A DNA stretch of 12,007 nucleotides from an uncultured archaeon (lineage in GTDB: Archaea; Thermoplasmatota; Penumbrarchaeia; JASLWR01), in the NCBI GenBank assembly GCA_964342815.1, contig CAYFHS010000054.1, positions 1-12,007 on the forward strand, given 5' to 3'. Positions 6,856 to 12,007 of the stretch are shown piece after piece. Positions within the stretch are counted from its first letter, which is position 1. The number at the start of each line of letters is the position of its first letter. Made by a program: the position numbers and the translations under genes. The notes beneath the pieces were generated by a model. The model was not told where the DNA came from. It was given only the letters and a program-made list of their open reading frames with translations, and ran no database searches.

Positions 6856-8034
6856 CTATACTCTCTTGATTGATTTACGCCGTGCAATGCGTATATCTCC
6901 AGCTATCGATTTAATTTTCTCAAGCACTTCATTAAAATCAGTAAAACTAAGATGATATCCTCCGGGGCAGGTTCTCTGAAACGAATTAAATATTTTATCA
7001 ACTTTTTCTTTTGGAACAGCTATTGCGTGAATAAATCGTTTGATATCTCCTTGGGTTATATGACATCTTTCATGCTTCCAATCACCATTATCATTTGGAA
7101 TTGCATATCCTTGTTGAAGCCAACATGTTTTATTTGGAAGTTCATTAATTATTAATACTACCTGATCTGCTGTTGCACCTGTTCCTTGAATTGGAATGTA
7201 CTCCTTTTTTACAATCTCCTCTGAAGGTTGTGTAATTTCAAAAAAGACATAACTCTTTTTACTTGAGGGGGCCTTCTTAACATAGGTTGCATCTTTATTA
7301 CTCTTTTTCAGAACATATTTGACCAGAACTTCAAATGCAAAAGCACTAGCGTTCTTCGATGCAATTTCTTGAAAACCCTTACCATCTGAATTTTTTTTAT
7401 TATCAATCAAGTCAGATATTCCACGGATAATTAATGCTTCAACATGTGGATTTGCCTCCAAGGCAGTTAAAAATCCAGACCCTTCCATTTCTATCGCTAA
7501 GGCATCGTTATAATGTGATTTTATTAATTTTAAAGTTTCTGATTGTGAACTAGCAATTAATTTTTCTCCCGCTGCTATAGGACCAACATATACTTCTGGA
7601 GTACGATTCATGGATGAATTGTTAATCCTCTTACGCCAATCTGTTTTTCTTGCTTCTGCTCGTCCTCTTGTTAAAAGAGGATAACTAGATTTATGAACAT
7701 TCGGGCGTGGCAGAAAGTGTGGTTCTTCCTTTCCCATTTCATAGCCATAGGTTTCCGTGACTACAACAACATCCCCTAATTCTACATCCTTTATCCCACC
7801 AGCAACTCCAACAAATAATACAATTTCAGGGCCATGATAACTAATCGCTCTCTCCGCTTCAAATGAAGAATTTTGATTTCCTTTCCCGATTTCTGCAATT
7901 AGTACATCCAGTATTGTATTATTAATTTGAAGTTCCCCTCTTTCATATATTGACCCTCTATATACTTTTTCATTTGTATTCTCAAGATGTTCCAAAACGG
8001 CTTGAAATTCAATAGACAATGCTGTTAATATCAC
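6856..8034 (-). CDS. PNP_UDP_1 (MTA/SAH nucleosidase-like) domain fused to an uncharacterised C-terminal beta-rich domain
   Basis: Motifs ILTALSIE, LFVGVAGGIKDVELGDVVV, GPIAAGEKLI, AIEMEG and IRGISD. A Lys/Ser-rich linker leads to a ~130-aa domain (FEITQPS...IQGTG...WLQQG...NGDW). The GTG start is uncertain because the frame is open upstream to ~8094. Confidence 0.88.
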   Translation of the reverse strand: MILTALSIEFQAVLEHLENTNEKVYRGSIYERGELQINNTILDVLIAEIGKGNQNSSFEAERAISYHGPEIVLFVGVAGGIKDVELGDVVVVTETYGYEMGKEEPHFLPRPNVHKSSYPLLTRGRAEARKTDWRKRINNSSMNRTPEVYVGPIAAGEKLIASSQSETLKLIKSHYNDALAIEMEGSGFLTALEANPHVEALIIRGISDLIDNKKNSDGKGFQEIASKNASAFAFEVLVKYVLKKSNKDATYVKKAPSSKKSYVFFEITQPSEEIVKKEYIPIQGTGATADQVVLIINELPNKTCWLQQGYAIPNDNGDWKHERCHITQGDIKRFIHAIAVPKEKVDKIFNSFQRTCPGGYHLSFTDFNEVLEKIKSIAGDIRIARRKSIKRV

Positions 8035-8343
8035 TACTCGAATAGTTCTTGGAATTATTTCATCTCCATATGCTTTTCTTCTCTCAACAGAATCTCAAAG
8101 AACATCTTGTTTATAGATTTATCTATTGGTTTATTCCCTACTTATAACTGGATAGGTTTTCCTCCTTAAAAACCACTCCAATGGATAAGCAATCAGCAAT
8201 CTCTGCTTCGCGAACTAAATCAAGTCTTTGCCGATCTAGGCTGAGCAAAGCATATCCCTCACATCACTCACAGTAGCAATGGTCATCACCTTACCATAGG
8301 AGTTCATAGGGCTTTAGATTTGGATCTTAAAGGATATATACTC

Positions 8344-8369
8344 AAATGATGATTAAGTCTTCATCATTT
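8344..8369. repeat. Perfect 9-8-9 inverted repeat aaatgatga-ttaagtct-tcatcattt
   Basis: Arms at 8344-8352 and 8361-8369 are exact reverse complements. Confidence 0.8.
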
Positions 8370-8537
8370 ATCTTACCACTTAGCCATTATTATTCTAGTC
8401 CCAACCACATGTTTTATTCAATCAGCTATTTTAACAATACAGTTCCATTCTTTCATTACTACCACCCCCAACATCCTTAAACATCTTAATCCATCCCCCA
8501 ATCCGATTCTATTTCCTAAAAAAGTGCGCTCACACGG

Positions 8538-8560
8538 AAAAAGAAATCAATATTTATATA
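8538..8560 (+). promoter_or_regulatory. Candidate archaeal promoter (TATA tttatata 8553-8560) for mtaD-ade
   Basis: An A-rich tract followed by tttatata, about 90 nt upstream of ATG 8647. The TATA also reads on the minus strand. Confidence 0.4.
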
Positions 8561-8646
8561 TCGGCAATCACGTTAAATGAAGTATATTCTCTAGGATCAA
8601 ACGCATTATAATCGCTTTACCCATTATATGATAGAAGGAAATTCAA

Positions 8647-9915
8647 ATGTCTATCCTAATACGAAACGCGCTTCATCAGGGCCGGGAAGGTGATATTTTT
8701 ATCGAGGACGGCCGTATCCGTGAGATCGGATCGATCTCCGTGGAAGCAGACGAGGTAATAAACGCGGAGAACATGGCAGTGCTTCCGGGATTCATAAATA
8801 CTCATACTCATGCCGCCATGACGCTCTTTCGGGGGTGGGGCGACGATATGGAGCTTATGGATTGGCTTAATAATCGAATCTGGCCTATGGAAGCGCACAT
8901 AGATCCAAATCTGGTGTATTGGGGAACGAAACTTGCGTGTCTCGAAATGATACGAACGGGTACGACAACATTCATGGATATGTATTTTTATCCGGAGAGT
9001 GCCGCCAAGGCCGTTGATGAAATGGGAATCAGGGGCTTTATGAGTTCTGTTTTTCTAGATAAGATCACAGGACAAGGTACGGAGGCGTGTATAAGGACGG
9101 CAAAAAAGGAGATCAAAGCCCTTGAGCGGATCGGCCCAACAGTATATCCGGCTTTAGGCCCTCACGCAGTTTACAGCTGCTCGAAGGAGATACTGGAATG
9201 GAGTGCCGCATATTCCAGTGAAAAAAAAATCCCTGTGCATTTTCACCTGCTTGAAACAGAGGGGGAAAAGCGTGATTTCAGAAGGGAGAACGGAACCGAG
9301 ATAACCGAGTTCCTAGAAAGGATAAATTTTCTTCAGCCCCGACTCGTGGCAGCACACTGCGTATGGTCAGACAACCGTGACATTGAGAGACTGTCAAAAC
9401 ACGCTGTGAACGTTTCATTTAATCCTGTTTCAAATATGAAACTGGCGGTAGGAAATGTAATGGATGTAGCCCTGATGGAAGAAAAGGGAATAAATATAAG
9501 TCTGGGGACTGACGGGCCGGCATCCAACAATACCCTGTCAATGCTAGATACCATGAAATTCGCAGGGTTATCCGTCAAAAGCCACTTCAATGATCCAACA
9601 CTATGCAGGGCAGACTCCCTTTTGAAGAATGCAACAGCAAACGGCGCCAGAGCCCTTTCTCTGGATTCCGGCATCATTAAGGAAGGCAAACTTGCCGATA
9701 TGTTACTTGTGGACCTGAAACATGAGTCCATGGTCCCCCGGAGGCATTCACTGCATTCGAAGATAGCCTACAGTGCCTCGCCGGAAGCTATAAGATACGT
9801 TATATCCAACGGGAAAACAGTCATGAGAGACCGACTGGTGAAAAACTCCAGGGAGATAATTGCGGGTTTCGAAAGTTCCCTGAATAAATGGTTCGAGAAA
9901 TACGGAAACGATTGA
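8647..9915 (+). CDS. mtaD: 5'-methylthioadenosine/S-adenosylhomocysteine (5'-deoxyadenosine) deaminase, amidohydrolase family
   Basis: PGFINTHTHAAMTLFRG, WLNNRIWPME, GPHAVY, HFHLLET, AAHCVW, NPVSNMKLA and LGTDGPASNN. 422 aa. Substrate preference (MtaD versus DadD) cannot be resolved from the sequence. Confidence 0.88.
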   Translation: MSILIRNALHQGREGDIFIEDGRIREIGSISVEADEVINAENMAVLPGFINTHTHAAMTLFRGWGDDMELMDWLNNRIWPMEAHIDPNLVYWGTKLACLEMIRTGTTTFMDMYFYPESAAKAVDEMGIRGFMSSVFLDKITGQGTEACIRTAKKEIKALERIGPTVYPALGPHAVYSCSKEILEWSAAYSSEKKIPVHFHLLETEGEKRDFRRENGTEITEFLERINFLQPRLVAAHCVWSDNRDIERLSKHAVNVSFNPVSNMKLAVGNVMDVALMEEKGINISLGTDGPASNNTLSMLDTMKFAGLSVKSHFNDPTLCRADSLLKNATANGARALSLDSGIIKEGKLADMLLVDLKHESMVPRRHSLHSKIAYSASPEAIRYVISNGKTVMRDRLVKNSREIIAGFESSLNKWFEKYGND

Positions 9916-9930
9916 TCCGGTGGGAGGATT

Positions 9931-11591
9931 ATGGAAACACTTGAGGGAAATATTGTAAACGTGATAACTGGAGAAGTATATCCCGGGAAGATCGGTTTTT
10001 CAGGCGAGATCATTGAGTTTGTGGAGAGAACCGGGTCCCCGGTACCCCTGAAGGCGGACAGCCGGGATTCATTGAATGGATATTATATAGTACCAGGTTT
10101 GGTAGATGGACACATCCATATCGAATCCTCAATGCTGACCCCATCAAGATTCGGCCAGATCGCGGTCACTCACGGGACCACCTCGGTGGTAAGTGACCCT
10201 CATGAGATCGCAAACGTCCTTGGTAATGAGGGAATTCGATTTATGATAGAGGATGCCAAGAGATCACCATAAATATTTATTATACCGTCCCCTCCTGCGT
10301 TCCTGCAACAGAGTTCGAGACATCCGGAGCATCTCTTGGTACGGAAGAAATTGTAAAATATATCGCGATGAAGGATTTCGTTGCTCTGGGCGAGATGATG
10401 AATTTTCCAGGTGTGTTATCAGGTCACCCGGAAGTTCTCGCAAAGATAGAAGCCGCAAAAAAGGCTGGTAAACCCGTAGACGGCCACGCACCAATGCTTT
10501 CAGGGAAGGAATTAAGCAAATATATACGACCCGGAATAAGCACGGACCATGAGTGTTCATCGGTGGAAGAAGCGCTGGAGAAGATCCGGTTGGGAATGAA
10601 GATACAAGTAAGACAGGGATCGGCTGCAAGGAACCTGGAAAATCTACTTCAGATTTATTCATTTCATGGAACCATGACCATCTCCGACGATAGACACCCC
10701 GGTGAAATGCTTGAAGGCCACATGAATTCACACCTGAAATTATTGAGATCGAAAGGCGTTCCTCTCGTTGATGCTTTGAGAAGTATGACCATAAACCCGT
10801 GCGCGCATTACGGGATAAATTCGGGTTCGCTGGTCCCGGGGAAACAGGCCGATATCGTCGTCATGGGGGACCTTAAAAATTTCAAGGTACTGACCACTTA
10901 TGTAAGGGGTATGAAGATATACGACGGGCAGACCCTTCCGCCTGTGGAACCCGAAAAAATAAAATATAAACCGACATTGCGTTCAATGGATGCCAGTGAA
11001 TTGATGATTCCGGTCGGCGAGGACGGGACGTACCGTGTAAACGCTATTGAAGTAAAGGACGGGACCATCGAAACAGGAAAGGACGAGGGGACTGTGGAAG
11101 GCCGGAATGGTTATCTACTACCCAATCCGGACCATGATGTACTGCCACTGGTGGTAATAGACAGGCATGAAGGAAGACATGTAGGAAAAGGATTCGTTAG
11201 GGGGTTTGGGATCCGAAACGGTGCACTGGCGAGCTCCATCGCCCACGACAGCCACAATATCATATGCGTCGGGAGTGACCATGAACAGATGCTTAGAGCT
11301 GTTAACAGGTTATCCGATACCGGAGGAATATGTGCCTTATCCGGTCCCGTCCAGGCTTTTCTACCATTGCCCATAGCGGGGTTGATGTCACCCCGATCCT
11401 GTGATAAGGTGGCAGGAGATCTTAAATGGATAAAAGACATTGTAAGGCTTACCGGCTGTACTCTCAGCTCCCCTGTTATAACGTTGAGTTTTCTTTCTCT
11501 CCTGGTGGTTCCAAGCTTGAAATTATCCGACCGGGGTTTATTCGACAGTGAGAAATTCCTATTTGTAGATGCGATAATAGAAAAAAAATAG
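9931..11591 (+). pseudogene. ade: Adenine deaminase interrupted by one -1 frameshift at ~10269 (true pseudogene or sequence error)
   Basis: The 5' ORF has PGLVDGHIHIESS and DPHEIANVLG and stops at 10270-10272. The -1 frame continues INIYYTVPSCVPATEFETSGA...LGEMMNFPGV, DGHAP, TDHEC, SDDRHP and IAHDSHN. One added base gives a 553-aa full-length protein. SD gggagga follows the mtaD stop. Confidence 0.93.
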
Positions 11592-11695
11592 TAACCTTTG
11601 TTCGTGTTATGTGAAAATCAAAGATTCAATGCAAATATTTGGAGGAGTTGTTAAACCGAACAAAACCGGTAAACCAAAAAGTTTTTATTATTAGA

Positions 11696-12007
11696 ATGTA
11701 TTATCAGCGCCGGATGATAAAAACAGAAGACGCTTTTGGAAAGACAATGGAAACTATTATTTGGCTATGTAAAAAGCAAAATACCGATAAGAATAATCAC
11801 GGTAGTTGGTCAATGGAATCAGATTTACGTAAATTATTCATAACTACTAATCAAGTTGCTTGTACATTAATTGATCTTCAAATATCAATAAACGATGAAT
11901 CAATAATATTTGCTACAAGGTGGGTAGAAAAGCAACTACAAAATGATTTAATTCCTATTCAAGACAGAGCAAATGCTTTAGAATTATTTTCATTGATTAA
12001 ACAAAAG
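11696..12007 (+). CDS. Partial ORF running off the window; prenyltransferase/squalene-cyclase (QW) repeat-like
   Basis: The frame is open from 11615 to the window end, with ATGs at 11696, 11714 and 11747. It reads MIKTEDAFGKTMETIIWLCKKQNTDKNNHGSWS...FATRWVEKQLQND, resembling WL-x3-QN-xn-GSW repeats. Confidence 0.5.
   Translation, partial: MYYQRRMIKTEDAFGKTMETIIWLCKKQNTDKNNHGSWSMESDLRKLFITTNQVACTLIDLQISINDESIIFATRWVEKQLQNDLIPIQDRANALELFSLIKQK

Larger units (their letters stand above)
4020..8520. mobile_element. Degenerate integrated element / genomic island (boundaries approximate)
   Basis: Visibly AT-richer than both flanking operons. It begins with an integrase remnant and carries gene fragments, two DNA-binding-type proteins and a nucleosidase fusion. 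No att direct repeat or tRNA was found. Confidence 0.6.

Noticed and set aside
6799-6860. Integron attC site (atctaac right after a stop codon)
   Set aside because: There is no matching GTTRRRY end and no pairing L boxes. atctaac also occurs elsewhere by chance.
8100-8520. Additional gene upstream of the nucleosidase
   Set aside because: The minus-strand frames I translated are broken by frequent stops, and no family could be recognised in the fragments.
10255-10275. Programmed ribosomal frameshift in ade
   Set aside because: There is no slippery heptamer or obvious stimulatory structure, and I know of no recoding in this family.
732-11440. Short antisense or alternate-frame ORFs inside the main genes (e.g. 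732..974, 2406..2786, 3107..3421, 6122..6397, 9333..9731, 10264..10731, 11111..11440)
   Set aside because: They are shadow ORFs of well-supported genes with no independent motifs.

Overview
The window is probably archaeal. This is inferred from TATA boxes, GGAGGTG ribosome-binding sites, a methanoarchaeal-type integrase remnant and a Thermoplasmatota-like surface protein. Left to right it holds five blocks. (1) A non-coding 65-bp tandem repeat cut by the window edge. (2) A DUF4097(Toastrack)-PadR-HAAS/sensor operon with a candidate PadR operator beside its TATA box, followed by a membrane-anchored surface protein. (3) A visibly AT-richer, decaying island (~4.0-8.5 kb). It contains a frameshifted tyrosine-integrase C-terminus, an ArsR-like wHTH, a 52-aa cationic peptide ORF, a start-less J-domain (HPD) fragment, several strong inverted repeats, an RHH-fusion gene behind a structured leader, and an MTA/SAH-nucleosidase (PNP_UDP_1) fusion protein. 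(4) An mtaD/dadD-ade purine-deaminase operon, with ade split by a single -1 frameshift. (5) The start of another AT-rich stretch with a partial prenyltransferase/QW-repeat-like ORF. The J-domain, the integrase tail, the small peptide and the terminal ORF are not in the supplied ORF track and were found by manual translation. All family assignments come from motif recognition, not database searches.
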